Source of the DNA: Cyanobacteria bacterium P01_A01_bin.123
Lineage (GTDB): Bacteria; Cyanobacteriota; Cyanobacteriia; Phormidesmidales; Phormidesmidaceae
NCBI GenBank assembly: GCA_039815185.1
Contig: JBCBZT010000006.1
Coordinates: forward strand, 152,239-216,238
Reading direction: 5' to 3'
Length of the DNA stretch: 64,000 nt
Shown: piece by piece, positions 19,370-30,678 of the stretch
Numbering within the stretch: position 1 is the stretch's first letter
How the letters are laid out: every line of letters starts with the position of its first letter
Position numbers and translations under genes: made by a program
The notes under the pieces: model-generated
Told to the model about the DNA's origin: nothing
The model's input: only the letters and a program-made list of their open reading frames with translations
The model's database searches: none

Positions 19370-20539
19370 TTAAGTCGCCGTTTGCTCTTCTAGCAATTCT
19401 GCGATCGCGACGTGCTCGATCGGCAGTTCAGCCGGAACAGGCTGACGGGTGTCGGTAATCAGCCAGTCGAGGGCGGCGGCTTTCATATCGATGGAGGCCC
19501 CATTTTTGTCTACACAGTAACGCCCGAAAACCAGTTTATCGGTCAGTCGGACGCCTCGACCAATGCGGGAGTATTCAAAGATAACGCTTTTATCGACAAT
19601 GGCATTGCTGCAAATGCAGCAGCTAGCGCCGATCATGCTGGGGCCAATGATAGTCGCACCATCCTCGATTTCAGCCATACCGCCAATGTAAACCGGGCCT
19701 TGGATATCTACTTTGTCCCAGTTGACTTTGACATTGAGTCCAGCATAGACCCCTGGCTTAATTTCGTTGCCCGGGATTTGCACGCCTTTGACTTGACCCG
19801 TCAAGACATCTTGAATGGCCTGCCAGTAGTCGGGCACCTTACCGATATCGACCCACTCAAAGTCCATCGTGATGCCGTAAAACGGGGCATTGGCTTCTAC
19901 TAGTTTGGGGAAGAGATCGCCCCCAATGTCAAACTCGACCCCGGACGGGATGTAGTCAAAAATTTCCGGTTCAAAGATGTAAATCCCAGTGTTGATGTCG
20001 GTGCTAAGCGCTTCTTCAACCGAAGGCTTTTCTTGGAAGGACTTGATTTTGCCGTTGTCGTCGGTAACCACCACGCCATAACTGGGGACTTGCTTGATGG
20101 GTACAGACTTCATGACGATAGTGGCAATGGAGCCTTTTTCACGGTGTTGACGCAGCGCTTCGGTTAAGTCGAGGTCAATCAGAGCATCACCGCAAAGCAC
20201 GATAAAGGTTTCGTCGAAGAAGGGGTAGAAATCTTGGATCTTGCGCATCCCCCCAGCAGAACCGACGGCCTCACCCACAAGTTGACCATCAATGATACGG
20301 CCTTCAAATGAGTAAGCCAGCTCGACGCCAAATCTTTGACCATCGCGAAAGTAGCCTTCGATTTCATTGGCCAAATGACTGACGTTGGCCATAATCTGCG
20401 TAAAGCCGTGATGGCGAAGCAGTTCGAGCAAAAATTCCATCACTGGCTTTTGCAAGATAGGAATCATTGGCTTGGGAATGGTATACGTGATCGGACGAAC
20501 CCGAGTTCCCTTACCTGCGGCCAGAATCATGGCTTTCAT
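19370..20539 (-). CDS. cugP: NDP-sugar pyrophosphorylase, cyanobacterial CugP type
   Basis: MKAMILAAGKGTRVRPITYTIPKPMIP; FQEKP; C-terminal beta-helix. Confidence 0.8.
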   Translation of the reverse strand: MKAMILAAGKGTRVRPITYTIPKPMIPILQKPVMEFLLELLRHHGFTQIMANVSHLANEIEGYFRDGQRFGVELAYSFEGRIIDGQLVGEAVGSAGGMRKIQDFYPFFDETFIVLCGDALIDLDLTEALRQHREKGSIATIVMKSVPIKQVPSYGVVVTDDNGKIKSFQEKPSVEEALSTDINTGIYIFEPEIFDYIPSGVEFDIGGDLFPKLVEANAPFYGITMDFEWVDIGKVPDYWQAIQDVLTGQVKGVQIPGNEIKPGVYAGLNVKVNWDKVDIQGPVYIGGMAEIEDGATIIGPSMIGASCCICSNAIVDKSVIFEYSRIGRGVRLTDKLVFGRYCVDKNGASIDMKAAALDWLITDTRQPVPAELPIEHVAIAELLEEQTAT

Positions 20540-20693
20540 ATAGACCTATTGTGCTCCCAAAGTAATCTACGGTTCAAACCTGGTTACTGCTACCATTCGC
20601 TATGCTATCAGCCCAGTTGGGATGCGTCAGCATCCTAACCAGAACTTGACCTTCTTTTGAAAATTCGTCTAGTTTTCGGAGAATCCGCAACAA

Positions 20694-23600
20694 TTAGAAC
20701 TTTCCCACGGGTACGGGGTGACTCCTCTCAGGATGACGATCAGACGATTTACCCCTGCGGGGTTGCTCAAGGCTAAGCCGAACCGGTAATTGGATTCTAA
20801 AGGTGCTGCCCTGACCTATAGCTGACTCACAGATTAAATTGCCGCCGTGGGTGTCGGTGATGATTTGATAACTGGTGGAGAGGCCCATGCCAGTCCCTTT
20901 GCCCACAGGTTTAGTCGTGAAGAAGGGGTCAAAGATGCGATCGCGAATGTCAGCAGAGATGCCGGGCCCGTTGTCTGCGATCGCGATTTCGACTTGTTCG
21001 GCATTGAGCAGTTGAGTCTGGATGTGGATTTCCGGATTAGGCTGAGTACTGTTTTGTAAGGCATCGATGGCATTGTTCAAAATGTGCATCAGCACTTGAT
21101 TGATCTGTCCGGCGTAACATTCAACTTTGGGTAATTGATCGTAGGCTTTGACCACTGCGATCGCTTTGGGCATATCTTTCCCCCAGAGCCGATTTTCTAA
21201 AATCGTCAGCGTGCTCTCTAGACCTTGATGGATGTCGATATCCTTGAGGGCAGCTTCATCCAATCGAGAGAAAGTCCGCAAAGATTCAACAATGGTCTTG
21301 ACCCGATTGGCTCCGTTTTTCATTGAGCCAAACAGATTAGGCAGATCCGCTCGCAAAAAGTCTAGATCAATGGCTTCGATTTGAGCGGCTATTTGGGCCA
21401 AGACATTGGCCGGTAAGGCAGAGCTGTGGGCTTGGTAACTGTCTATCAGGTCTAACAGGTCTTGGGTATAGTTTTGAGCGTGGTTAAGGTTGGTGTAAAT
21501 AAAACCCATTGGATTGTTAATTTCATGGGCTACCCCAGCGACTAACTGCCCCAAACTCGACATTTTTTCAGTTTGTACCATCTGGGCCTGGGTGCGCTGT
21601 AGCGTTTGCAAGGCTTGCTGCAGTTCTTCAGCCTTGGTTTGACTTTGATCGTAGAGTTCAGCCTGGGTGAGGGCGATGTCAAGCTGTTCGAGGACGTCTT
21701 CTAAAATTTCAATTTCTTCGGTTTGCCAAGTTCGAGGTCTACCATACTGCCAACAATTGAGAACGCCGATTTGTCCAGAGGTGCGTTGAAATGGCACGCT
21801 CAAGAAAGCGCGAGTGTTAGAAGCCGCCAAAAGCGATTGCAGCGGTGATTCAGGCAGGGTGGCAACATCTGCAATGCGATCGCCCTTTAAGCTGAGTAGC
21901 TGTTGATTGATGGAGCTAAGGCTCGATGCAGAGATTGTAGTGCTATCAAGGTTGGGCAAGTCGGCGCGGTGAGCGTCGCCAAGGATAAGCCAATAAGGCG
22001 AATCATCTCCATCGGTATAGTGCAGGGTGAAGGTACAGCGATCAATGTGCAAATAAGATCGCAGGTTTTCTAGGGTGGTCGAGAGGATGGTCTCAAAGTC
22101 AAGGGTCTTACGGAGCTGCAGGTTGATTTGATTGAGGAGCCGTTCTCGATCGGCTTGTTCCTTCAACTGCTGTTGCGCTTGTTTGAGCTGGGTAATGTCT
22201 TCTATGGTGACGAGAATCCCTTCAATCTTGTTGCTGCTAGTTTTGAGCGGCAACTTGTTGGTGTTGAGCCATTTCGTCTGTCCGCCAACTGTTTGCGGTT
22301 CAATGATGCCAAGATCAGCTTGGCCAGATTCGATGACTTGGCGATCGCAGCTGCGATACCAGTCTGCTTCTTCCCGTGCAAATGGCAGGTCATAATCCGT
22401 TTTGCCAACCAGCTCCTGGGGGGAAGAAAAGCCGAGCATCTCAGCGATTTTTTGATTACACCCTTGGAGGCGGAGATCCCGATCTTTCCAGACTACTCCT
22501 TGGGGAAGGGCGTCTAAAATGAACTGCAGAAACTGCTGTGATGCCCTCACTTGCTCTTCAATCTGTTTACGCTCGCGAATGTCTCGCAGAATAGTGGAGA
22601 AGTATTCCGTCCCGCCGTGTTCGTTTTTATGGGCAACTAGCACCTGAGATACCGGAATTTCTTCACCATAACGGTTGAGGAGATGACCTTCTCCAGACCA
22701 AACCCCGTCTCGGATCGTGGCCGGAATCACTTCAGACTCAAACTTGCGCGCAAATGCCGGTGACAGCACCTGAGTAATGTGAAATCCCTTCGTACGTTCA
22801 GGGGGAATGGCCAACATCTCTTGCCCCGCTTGGTTGAGATAGATGCTGCGACCCTGGGCATCGGCCATACCGATGACATCGGGGGTTGCTTCTAAAATCG
22901 CTTGCAGGCGATCGCGTTCGAGCTGCAACTGGCGCTGTTCGGTGTCATCCAGCAATATCCCGTGCCACAGGATCGAACCATCATCTTGAAGTTCAGGGGT
23001 GGACTGAATTTGTAGCCATTTCTCTCGGCCTTGAAGATCAATAATGGGGCCTGTCCAGTCAAAGGTTCCTAAGGATTGGGCAGAGTCGATCATTGCCTGC
23101 TGAAAGCCCGGTAAATATTCGGGGACGACTAAGTCAATGACCGTATTGGCATCGGCCATAATCTCGGCTTGGGTCAAACCGCCGTAGATTTCCTGGCAAC
23201 GACCATTAACGTAGGGAAAGGACGCTTGCCCATCGGGTGTCAGACGGAATTGAAACAGCATGCCTGGAACTTTGCTGACCAATTGGGAAAATCTCTGCTC
23301 TCGCTGTTGCAGCTTGGCTTCGGCTTCGGTTCGCTGGGCCGACTCTTGAGCAAGCTGGCTCAGATTTTGCCGCAGTTCTAGCTGATTGACGACCAAGCGG
23401 CTAAGGGCCTGTAAGGATTGCTGTTGATCTTCAGATAGGGTGCGGGGTTGGGTGTCGATGGCGCAAACGGTACCCAGGGCAAACCCGTCTGGGGTAATCA
23501 ACGGTGCACCGGCGTAAAACCGGATATGCGGTGCGCCCGTTACCAAGGGATTGTCCGCAAAGCGGGGATCTTGGGTGGCATCAGGAACCACCATCACCTC

Positions 23601-23849
23601 AGGCTGCAAAATGGCATGGGCACAAAATGCCTGGTCGCGATTGGTTTGACATACCCCCAATCCCTGAGATGATTTGAACCACTGGCGATCGCGATCGACC
23701 AAGCTAACCAAGGCAATGGGAACGTTTAAGAGTTGAGTGACTAAGTGGGTGATGTCATCGTAGGCCGTTTCGCTTTCAGTATCGAGGATGTTGTAGCTCG
23801 ACAGCTTGGCTAGGCGTTGCGCTTCATTGGTCGGTAGCGGTGCACTCAT
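20694..23849 (-). CDS. GAF-PAS-PAS-PAS-GAF sensor histidine kinase
   Basis: N-terminal GAF ([15 protein letters not shown]), three PAS/PAC, H-box [29 protein letters not shown]. Confidence 0.9.
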   Translation of the reverse strand: MSAPLPTNEAQRLAKLSSYNILDTESETAYDDITHLVTQLLNVPIALVSLVDRDRQWFKSSQGLGVCQTNRDQAFCAHAILQPEVMVVPDATQDPRFADNPLVTGAPHIRFYAGAPLITPDGFALGTVCAIDTQPRTLSEDQQQSLQALSRLVVNQLELRQNLSQLAQESAQRTEAEAKLQQREQRFSQLVSKVPGMLFQFRLTPDGQASFPYVNGRCQEIYGGLTQAEIMADANTVIDLVVPEYLPGFQQAMIDSAQSLGTFDWTGPIIDLQGREKWLQIQSTPELQDDGSILWHGILLDDTEQRQLQLERDRLQAILEATPDVIGMADAQGRSIYLNQAGQEMLAIPPERTKGFHITQVLSPAFARKFESEVIPATIRDGVWSGEGHLLNRYGEEIPVSQVLVAHKNEHGGTEYFSTILRDIRERKQIEEQVRASQQFLQFILDALPQGVVWKDRDLRLQGCNQKIAEMLGFSSPQELVGKTDYDLPFAREEADWYRSCDRQVIESGQADLGIIEPQTVGGQTKWLNTNKLPLKTSSNKIEGILVTIEDITQLKQAQQQLKEQADRERLLNQINLQLRKTLDFETILSTTLENLRSYLHIDRCTFTLHYTDGDDSPYWLILGDAHRADLPNLDSTTISASSLSSINQQLLSLKGDRIADVATLPESPLQSLLAASNTRAFLSVPFQRTSGQIGVLNCWQYGRPRTWQTEEIEILEDVLEQLDIALTQAELYDQSQTKAEELQQALQTLQRTQAQMVQTEKMSSLGQLVAGVAHEINNPMGFIYTNLNHAQNYTQDLLDLIDSYQAHSSALPANVLAQIAAQIEAIDLDFLRADLPNLFGSMKNGANRVKTIVESLRTFSRLDEAALKDIDIHQGLESTLTILENRLWGKDMPKAIAVVKAYDQLPKVECYAGQINQVLMHILNNAIDALQNSTQPNPEIHIQTQLLNAEQVEIAIADNGPGISADIRDRIFDPFFTTKPVGKGTGMGLSTSYQIITDTHGGNLICESAIGQGSTFRIQLPVRLSLEQPRRGKSSDRHPERSHPVPVGKF

Positions 23850-24010
23850 AGGAGTTCAAATGGACTGGATTAATAACCTAACTCGGCCTTAGCGACGTCA
23901 AGGGGGTACCAACTTTGTAAGGGAGTGTATATGGGGTTGTAGATAAGTCAAGATTGCCCGCGAGACCTTACCAACTAACGGTTGAAGCTAGTAGTTCAGC
24001 CATATCCCTA

Positions 24011-24050
24011 AGCCATATCTCATAGAGAGAAGCCATATCTCATAGAGAGA
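24011..24050. repeat. 20-bp tandem duplication spanning the sbcC stop
   Basis: AGCCATATCTCATAGAGAGA x2. Confidence 0.9.
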
Positions 24051-27045
24051 CCTGAATTTGGGAGCCATCTGGAGATTTGATCACATCGATGCGAGTTTGA
24101 AAGGCCTCACGAAAGTGGGGTACGTGGGTGACGGTGAGAATGCAGGCAAAATCCGTCGCGATCGCGTTGATGGCGGCAATCAAGCGATCGCAGCCCTCCC
24201 GGTCTTGGGTGCCAAAGCCTTCATCGATAATCAGCAGCTGCAAGGCCGTCCCCGAGCGTTGGGCCAGCAGTCGGGCTAGAGCCAACCGGATGGCAAAGTT
24301 CACCCGAAACGCTTCTCCGCCTGAGTAGGTTTCATAGGGGCGGGTGCCTCGGGCATCGGCAATTAAAATATCGAGGGTGTCAATCACCTTAGCTTTGCGC
24401 CGCCCAGTTCGCTGGGTGAGGAACTGTACGTGCAGTTGATTGGCGCTGAGCCGACTCAAGATTTGGTTGGTTTCAGCTTCTAGCTGGGGCAGTACATTTT
24501 CAATCATCAGGGCCTGGATGCCGTTACGGCCAAAGGCATAGGCGAGCTCACCATAAACCCGCGATCGCTGACGAGCCTCTTCTAAAGCCTGCTGCTGTTG
24601 ATCAAACTGCTGCTGTCGCCGATCGAGCTCGGCCAACTGCTGCTGCAATCGACCTTGCTGGGCCAAATCATACTCTCGTTGGGTTTGGCGCTGGGTCAGT
24701 TGGGCTTCTAAGGTCGCGATCGCGCTTTGACAATCGGGCCTTTGGACAAGCTGCTGTTGCAGTTGGGTCAGCTGCTGGGTGAGAACAGTGCGCTCTGCTT
24801 GATGGGTGTGCAGTTGGGCTTCGAGGGTTTGGCGCTGTTGATTGACCTGGGGTAGCTGTTGGTTTGCTTGATTCAGTGCCTGTTGCCGAGCTTGCCATTG
24901 CTGGGCCTGAGCCAGCGCCTGCCTCAACTGCTGGTGTTGCTCAAAATGGTAGTCAAGATCACTCAGGTGTCGATCAAGCCGCTGGATCTTTCGCTGCAGG
25001 GAACTTTGGGCGATCGCGTCAAGCTTTTCTTCGAACTGGGCTAGCTGAGCCACTTGCTCGGGTCGTTGAGCGAGTAGAGCCTCTCGTCGTCGCTGGGCCT
25101 GCTGTAAGTCTTTAACCTTCACGTCGGCCCAGCGCAATCGATCCACCTGCCCACGCACTAGGGCATGATCTCGATCGTCATAGTCCAACTCAGCCAATTG
25201 CTGATCGAGCCAGTGCAGTTCTTCATGCAAGTCGCTAGCGTAGCGTTTTTCTTCGAGGCAACGTTCAAGCTGGGCTTTTTCTGATTCAAGCCGACTCAAC
25301 TGTGCCTGGGTATCTTCAGTAGAGCGTATCCGGGCTTGCAAGTGTCCTCGCCGTTCGAGTACGGCCCCGTATTTTTCGAGGTCATCTTCAAGGGTTCGAT
25401 ATTCTTGACGCAGCACCTGAATTTCTTTTTCAGCGGTGGCAAGCTGTTCTCGAATCACCCAAATTTGATCTTGCGTGCTGCTCCGCTCTGATTGATGGCG
25501 TTTGAGCACGAGCTCCCAATGTTGCTCATCCAGGGGACGATCGCATACGGGGCATAATGCATTAGGCTCTGAGATGAGCTGAATTTTTTGATCGAGTTGA
25601 ATCAATTGCAGTTCATAGGTGCGCTGATTGGCTTGGAGTCGCTCCATCAAGCTGCGGCGCTCTAAACCCCGTTCGCGCACTTTTTCCTGGTAATCGCGGC
25701 GTTCTTCTAGATATTTAACCGCGTCGGTAATTTCTAAAACTGCTTGCTGCAGTTGGGGCTGCTGGGCTTGTTGGGTTTGCAGGTGAACTTCAGATTGCTT
25801 AAGGGCTTCTAGACGGGCAGATAGCTGGGTTTGGGTGCGATCAATTTGGCTTTGCAGCTCGCCGCGCCGCTGGATCAAGGGCGTTACCGTTAGTTGGAGC
25901 TTGTCATAACGACTCAGCTTGGCCTGGGCATGCCGTAATTGAGTCAGGGCCGCTTGAATCTCTTCAGTTTTCGCTAACATCGCGTCGGTATCTTGCAGCT
26001 GTTGGTCGAGCAGTTGTAGGCCGAGGGTCGCCTGCTGAATTTGGTTTTGTAGATCTTGATGTTGGGCCTGAAGCTGGCTGGCTAACTCAACGCGCCGAGA
26101 CTGGGTTTGTCGGTAGGTGTGAAACCGCTGATTGTAGGCGGCTTCTTCTGTTTGGAGGTGTTGCCAGTGCTGACACCCGGCTGCGATCGCATCTGCGCGG
26201 GCTACAGTGGCTGCTAATTCACGCTGTTGAGTACAGACGGCGCTGAGGGTTTGCTGCAACCGGGCAATGGTCTGTTCTAGATGATCTACTTGCTGTTGGT
26301 ACAGGGCCTGTTGTTGCTGACAGTCCTGTCGTTGGCGGTGTTGCTGCTGCAAGGTTTTCAACTGGACTTGATCGGCGTCTTGTTGATCCTGCGTCTCGGC
26401 CAATTTTAGTTCAAGGGTGCGATATTCTGCCGCGATCGCGCTCCGGTGCTGCAGCTGAGCTTCCAGGTCAATCTGGTTGCTTTCCAGTAGCTTGACCTGG
26501 GCCTTAGCGTCCCGGGCCTGTTCTTTGGCCCGCTCTGCCAAAGCATCGTACTGGCCAAGCTTAAGCAAATCGGCCAAAATCTGCTTGCGTTCGCTGGGAC
26601 GCTTGAGCATAAACGCATCGGCTTTGCCCTGGCGCAAATAGGCTGAATTGACAAAGGTTTCGTAGTCAAGCTTTAGATGCTGTTGAATCAGCGCTTGGGT
26701 CGCCCGAATGCCCCGCTGGGTCAACGCTCGAAACCCGCCCTCGGTTTGAACCTGAAATTCTAGTGCGCTGGCCTGGTTGCGTCGCCGGGTGCGAATCACC
26801 CGATAGGTTTGCTGCTGGTGCTGAAAGACAAAATCGACCTGAGCCTCTGCCTCACCCAGATGGACGACGTCGTCTTCTGTGGCAACCCGACTATGGCCCC
26901 AAACTGCCCACGCAATCGCTTCCAGCAGCGACGACTTGCCCGCCCCATTGGGACCGCAAACACAGGCCACGTGCAACCCGCGAAAATCTAGGGTGGTTGA
27001 TCGATAGCTGAGGAAATTTTTCAGCGTTAACCGCTGGGGGATCAT
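24040..27045 (-). CDS. sbcC: SbcC/Rad50 SMC-family exonuclease subunit
   Basis: Walker A GPNGAGKS, CPVC zinc hook, YSGGE signature, LIIDEGFG. Confidence 0.92.
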   Translation of the reverse strand: MIPQRLTLKNFLSYRSTTLDFRGLHVACVCGPNGAGKSSLLEAIAWAVWGHSRVATEDDVVHLGEAEAQVDFVFQHQQQTYRVIRTRRRNQASALEFQVQTEGGFRALTQRGIRATQALIQQHLKLDYETFVNSAYLRQGKADAFMLKRPSERKQILADLLKLGQYDALAERAKEQARDAKAQVKLLESNQIDLEAQLQHRSAIAAEYRTLELKLAETQDQQDADQVQLKTLQQQHRQRQDCQQQQALYQQQVDHLEQTIARLQQTLSAVCTQQRELAATVARADAIAAGCQHWQHLQTEEAAYNQRFHTYRQTQSRRVELASQLQAQHQDLQNQIQQATLGLQLLDQQLQDTDAMLAKTEEIQAALTQLRHAQAKLSRYDKLQLTVTPLIQRRGELQSQIDRTQTQLSARLEALKQSEVHLQTQQAQQPQLQQAVLEITDAVKYLEERRDYQEKVRERGLERRSLMERLQANQRTYELQLIQLDQKIQLISEPNALCPVCDRPLDEQHWELVLKRHQSERSSTQDQIWVIREQLATAEKEIQVLRQEYRTLEDDLEKYGAVLERRGHLQARIRSTEDTQAQLSRLESEKAQLERCLEEKRYASDLHEELHWLDQQLAELDYDDRDHALVRGQVDRLRWADVKVKDLQQAQRRREALLAQRPEQVAQLAQFEEKLDAIAQSSLQRKIQRLDRHLSDLDYHFEQHQQLRQALAQAQQWQARQQALNQANQQLPQVNQQRQTLEAQLHTHQAERTVLTQQLTQLQQQLVQRPDCQSAIATLEAQLTQRQTQREYDLAQQGRLQQQLAELDRRQQQFDQQQQALEEARQRSRVYGELAYAFGRNGIQALMIENVLPQLEAETNQILSRLSANQLHVQFLTQRTGRRKAKVIDTLDILIADARGTRPYETYSGGEAFRVNFAIRLALARLLAQRSGTALQLLIIDEGFGTQDREGCDRLIAAINAIATDFACILTVTHVPHFREAFQTRIDVIKSPDGSQIQVSL

Positions 27046-27211
27046 TGCAGGTCAAGAAGATACCGAATGATACTGATTGTATCAGTACACTAGATCTTTA
27101 GTTCGCCTGATCTATAGATTGCTTGGGTGATGGGTGATCGGTTTTAGGTCATGGGCTCAGTCCACCTCTCTATCCCGCTATCTCCCTATCTCTCCATCCC
27201 ATCATCTACCC

Positions 27212-28129
27212 TTACCCCACATTCAACTGATGACTCGGCTTAAAGGTTTTAAGCACGTCCAAAAAGGCGTAGACTGCCGGGGATAATAAAGCGTCTGAAA
27301 GGACAATGACACCGATGATCCGTTCTAACACGACAGGCAGCTCTACAACGACGATGTCGTTAGGAATCGGTTCAGCCGCAAGTTTGGGCAGGATTGTTGC
27401 GCCTAGCCCCTGCCGCACCATGCTGATGATGGTGGAATCTTCACGGACTTCGTAGGCGGGTTTGAGGGAAATATCGATCGCTTGTGTTTGTTCGTCGATG
27501 ACTTGACGACAGCAGTCGTCTATGGGCCCCAAAATTATCGGGTAACGGGTCAAATCTTGCCAGCTAATTGGGGTGGTTGAGGGCTGGGCAGTGGGGGGTA
27601 ATAGGACAAGATAGCGATCGCGCAGCAGTTCCCAAGCGTCAAACTCTGGGGGCGCAGGCAGGTGGGTAAACCCCAGGTCAGCCCGCCCTTGCCGCAGATC
27701 GTCTTCGACCTGATGGTGGTGGGGTAGTTCATCGATGGCGACCTGTACGCCCGGATAGCGATCGCGAAACTGCTCAATCACCGCTGGCAAAATATGAGTC
27801 CCCACGCTGCGAAATCCTTTGACCCGCACCACGCCTGATTGCAGTCCTCGCTCCTGTTGGGCTTGGGCACAAATATTGTCTAAAGCTTGCAGCACCTGCT
27901 TGGCTTCATGGGTAATTTGGCTGCCCACGGGCGTCAATACCGCACCTTGACGTCCCCGATTCAGCAAAATCACGCCCAGTTCATCTTCTAGGGTGGCGAT
28001 CGCGTGGCTCACTGCCGACTGTGATAAATCAATGTGCAAAGCCGCATCGCTAAAGGTACCTGCTTCTGCGATCGCCACCAGCGCCCGCAACTGAGAAAGC
28101 TTGATTTTGGAAGGATTAATCTCGGCCAC
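27212..28129 (-). CDS. LysR family transcriptional regulator
   Basis: FSDAALHIDLSQSAVSHAIATLEDELG HTH plus substrate-binding domain. Confidence 0.92.
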   Translation of the reverse strand: MAEINPSKIKLSQLRALVAIAEAGTFSDAALHIDLSQSAVSHAIATLEDELGVILLNRGRQGAVLTPVGSQITHEAKQVLQALDNICAQAQQERGLQSGVVRVKGFRSVGTHILPAVIEQFRDRYPGVQVAIDELPHHHQVEDDLRQGRADLGFTHLPAPPEFDAWELLRDRYLVLLPPTAQPSTTPISWQDLTRYPIILGPIDDCCRQVIDEQTQAIDISLKPAYEVREDSTIISMVRQGLGATILPKLAAEPIPNDIVVVELPVVLERIIGVIVLSDALLSPAVYAFLDVLKTFKPSHQLNVG

Positions 28130-28165
28130 AAGTTTACTAATGATTTTGGGCTAATAATTTTGGAT

Positions 28166-29449
28166 TTACAGTTCAAGCATCCTCTGAATGAAGGTCGGTA
28201 AACAAAACGCCGCATTGTGAATATCGGCATTGTAGTAGCCGAGTTGATGGGTTTGGGCAAATTGATGGGCGACACCGCGATCAAAATCGCTCAGGGGATG
28301 GGGCCCATTCTTAGAACAATAGCTGAAGCTCCACATGCCTGTGGGATAAGTCGGGATAAACGCAAGATAGCAGTGGACCTGCTCGGCGCCAAAAATTTCC
28401 CTTAGACAGCGGTTGAGATCAATAAATGCGGCCTGATTGAAGCGGGGTGATTCGCTTTGGGCGGTCATCACCCCACCGGGTTTGAGACAGCGATGAACCT
28501 GCTGATAAAACGACTGACTAAACAACCCTTCCGATGGTCCTACGGGATCAGAAGAATCAATCACAATTAGATCAAACGCAGCATCTGGTGCATTAGCCAT
28601 GTAGTCGATGCCATCGCCAATGATTAGATTCAATTTTGGATCGTCCAATCTAGAAGAGAGGGTCGGCAGGTACTGGCGCGACGCCCGCACGACCACCTCG
28701 TCAATTTCCACCATGGTGACCCGTTCCACTTGGGGATGCTTGAGAACTTCACGGACGCTGCCGCCGTCTCCCCCGCCAATCACCAAAACATCCTTAGCCA
28801 CTGGCTGGGTCAGCAGGGGAACATGGATGATCATTTCGTGATAGGCGGGTTCGTCGTTTTCGGTACACATCACCATTTTGTCGACAGTCAACATTTTGCC
28901 GTACTCAAAGGTGTCGAAGATTTCGACGGTTTGGTAAGCCGACTTTTCTCGAAATACCGGATCGCCCTTGTGACGAATCGACAAGGCAATATTTTCGTTG
29001 CGATCGGTGAACCAAACGCTGCGACTAAATTTGGGGTCTAACAATTTATTCGTGGCCTCATCGCGCAGTTCACCCAAATCAATATCCAATTTTTCTAGCA
29101 AATCGAGTTGACCCCGATTCATTTCAATTGCGGACCCGCTTTCAGCTTGAAAGGCTTTTTTGAGTGAATCATAGGACACCCACGGATTGACAGAATAGCC
29201 GCAGGTAAACAGGTCTACGGCAGCATAGCGATACTCAGGCCAGGTGTGGATAGCCAAATGACTCTCTTGAATCACCACTACCCCAGAAACGCCAAAGGGC
29301 GAAAAGTGATGAAATACCGAATTGATCAGCGTTGCCCCAGCTTCTTTGGCCGCCTCGACCATGCTGTGCTCAATGCAAGGGACGTCATTGAGAATTTCGG
29401 CTGAACAGCCGTGAAACTCTACGAGTATGTGCCGACCCAGTGATTTCAT
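28166..29449 (-). CDS. speD-speE: Fused S-adenosylmethionine decarboxylase / aminopropyltransferase (SpeD-SpeE)
   Basis: [20 protein letters not shown] (pyruvoyl site) fused to [26 protein letters not shown]. Confidence 0.9.
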   Translation of the reverse strand: MKSLGRHILVEFHGCSAEILNDVPCIEHSMVEAAKEAGATLINSVFHHFSPFGVSGVVVIQESHLAIHTWPEYRYAAVDLFTCGYSVNPWVSYDSLKKAFQAESGSAIEMNRGQLDLLEKLDIDLGELRDEATNKLLDPKFSRSVWFTDRNENIALSIRHKGDPVFREKSAYQTVEIFDTFEYGKMLTVDKMVMCTENDEPAYHEMIIHVPLLTQPVAKDVLVIGGGDGGSVREVLKHPQVERVTMVEIDEVVVRASRQYLPTLSSRLDDPKLNLIIGDGIDYMANAPDAAFDLIVIDSSDPVGPSEGLFSQSFYQQVHRCLKPGGVMTAQSESPRFNQAAFIDLNRCLREIFGAEQVHCYLAFIPTYPTGMWSFSYCSKNGPHPLSDFDRGVAHQFAQTHQLGYYNADIHNAAFCLPTFIQRMLEL

Positions 29450-29520
29450 AAGCGCTAGCCCCCAATTCATCGCGTTTAGATACTACGACAGAAAGGTTAA
29501 GCTATACGCTAAATACCCAT

Positions 29521-29549
29521 AGAAAAGCGCCAGTCCTGGGAACTGGCGC
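29521..29549 (-). terminator. Terminator-like hairpin upstream of speD-speE
   Basis: GCGCCAGT-N7-ACTGGCGC-TTTTCT on minus strand. Confidence 0.5.
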
Positions 29550-29589
29550 GATGGTGCAGATGAACAGGGAACTGATGCACCAAACTTGA

Positions 29590-29712
29590 ACAAAAACCGC
29601 CTCCCCCATCTATCACGAGGGAGGCGGTTAGTTGGGTGTGAGGGACCGCTTAGAGGGTGGCGGGTACCCACCGGGGGCGACGCTTCAGCCCCAGGCAAGT
29701 CTGACGAGATAG
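29590..29712 (-). ncRNA. Candidate structured sRNA or leader ending in an intrinsic terminator
   Basis: Two short hairpins, a CCCUCACACCC single-stranded tract, then an 11-bp stem AACCGCCTCCC/GGGAGGCGGTT with T-tract. Confidence 0.4.
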
Positions 29713-29770
29713 CTGAGGTAACGTAGATTTCACCACAGGTGAATCGGGACAAATAGTTAATCTCATGGTC

Positions 29771-30193
29771 TTAGTCCGCTAGGGTTTCGTTGCGGAGTTG
29801 GTCGAGATTGGACTGGTCTTTATCCAAGTTCTCGCGGCGGAGTTGGTCAAACTTGCTGGACTTCTCCAAGTTCTCTTCGCGGATGGCGTCGAGGTTGGAT
29901 TGATCTTTGTCTAAGTTTTCGCGGCGCAGTTGGTCAAACTTACTGGACTTTTCCAAGTTGTCGGCCCGCAACTCATCCAAGTTGGACTGGTCTTTGTCTA
30001 GGTTCTCACGGCGCAGTTGGTCGAACTTGCTAGATTTCTCCAAGTTTTCTTCGCGCAGTAGCTCTAGCTGGTTTTGGTCTTTGTCTAGGTTGTCGCGACG
30101 CAGTTGGTCAAAGTTGGGTGAGGCAAAGGCAGCAGGTGCGATAGTTGCAGAGGTGAGGACAACGGATAGTAGAGAGAGGGTAAAGCGTTTCAT
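29771..30193 (-). CDS. Secreted protein with about four 29-aa helical repeats
   Basis: Signal peptide MKRFTLSLL...APAAFA; repeats of FDQLRRENLDKDQSNLDxLRxxNLEKSSK. Confidence 0.8.
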   Translation of the reverse strand: MKRFTLSLLSVVLTSATIAPAAFASPNFDQLRRDNLDKDQNQLELLREENLEKSSKFDQLRRENLDKDQSNLDELRADNLEKSSKFDQLRRENLDKDQSNLDAIREENLEKSSKFDQLRRENLDKDQSNLDQLRNETLAD

Positions 30194-30424
30194 CGTTTTC
30201 AGCTCCTTAGAAATCAGGTGATGTGTGGACTTCGTTCATCTTGATTTCTATAGTGCTGTTTCTAACTGAATTCCCCCTGACCGCATCGTGAGGCGTAATT
30301 AAAGGCTGTCTGAGTAGGGTGAAGGGAAATTCTCAGGGTAGATTCAGGGAGGGAGAGGCAAAAGCGATCGCGACCTAGGAGCACACACATATATCTATCG
30401 CGCCGTCGGTATCGTTTACATCTC

Positions 30425-30640
30425 CTAATCAGGAATAACTAATTCTTCGATCTCAGCAGGGGAGCCGATAGGCAGTTGTGTTGACTGAGTACGATCCCAT
30501 ATTCCAGACCCCACCAAACCTGCCAGAACAATAGGAACCAAAAGTTTGGTCAGCGTTGCCAGGGCAGACTCAGACACCCTGATCTTAAGTTCAATGCCGT
30601 TGGGTTCTGGCGGTGGCGGAGTTTGCTTTGCTGAAAACAT
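30425..30640 (-). CDS. Small single-TM protein, third gene of PadR module
   Basis: 71 aa, LLVPIVLAGLVGSG TM; 38 bp after the upstream gene. Confidence 0.5.
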   Translation of the reverse strand: MFSAKQTPPPPEPNGIELKIRVSESALATLTKLLVPIVLAGLVGSGIWDRTQSTQLPIGSPAEIEELVIPD

Positions 30641-30678
30641 GAGGGAAAATCCTTTAAGCAGGGAAGTACAGCTAAAAC

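Noticed and set aside
27160..27211. Pyrimidine-rich CTATC/CCATC repeats
   Set aside because: Ordinary cyanobacterial low-complexity intergenic repeats.
29483..29752. 89-aa ORF upstream of speD-speE
   Set aside because: Runs through two terminator hairpins, has no SD or protein-like features; better explained as structured RNA.
29590..29760. SAM-I or spermidine riboswitch; bona fide Yfr1
   Set aside because: No AUC..GAU P1, GCAAC or kink-turn core; the Yfr1 motif matches only 8/11 nt.
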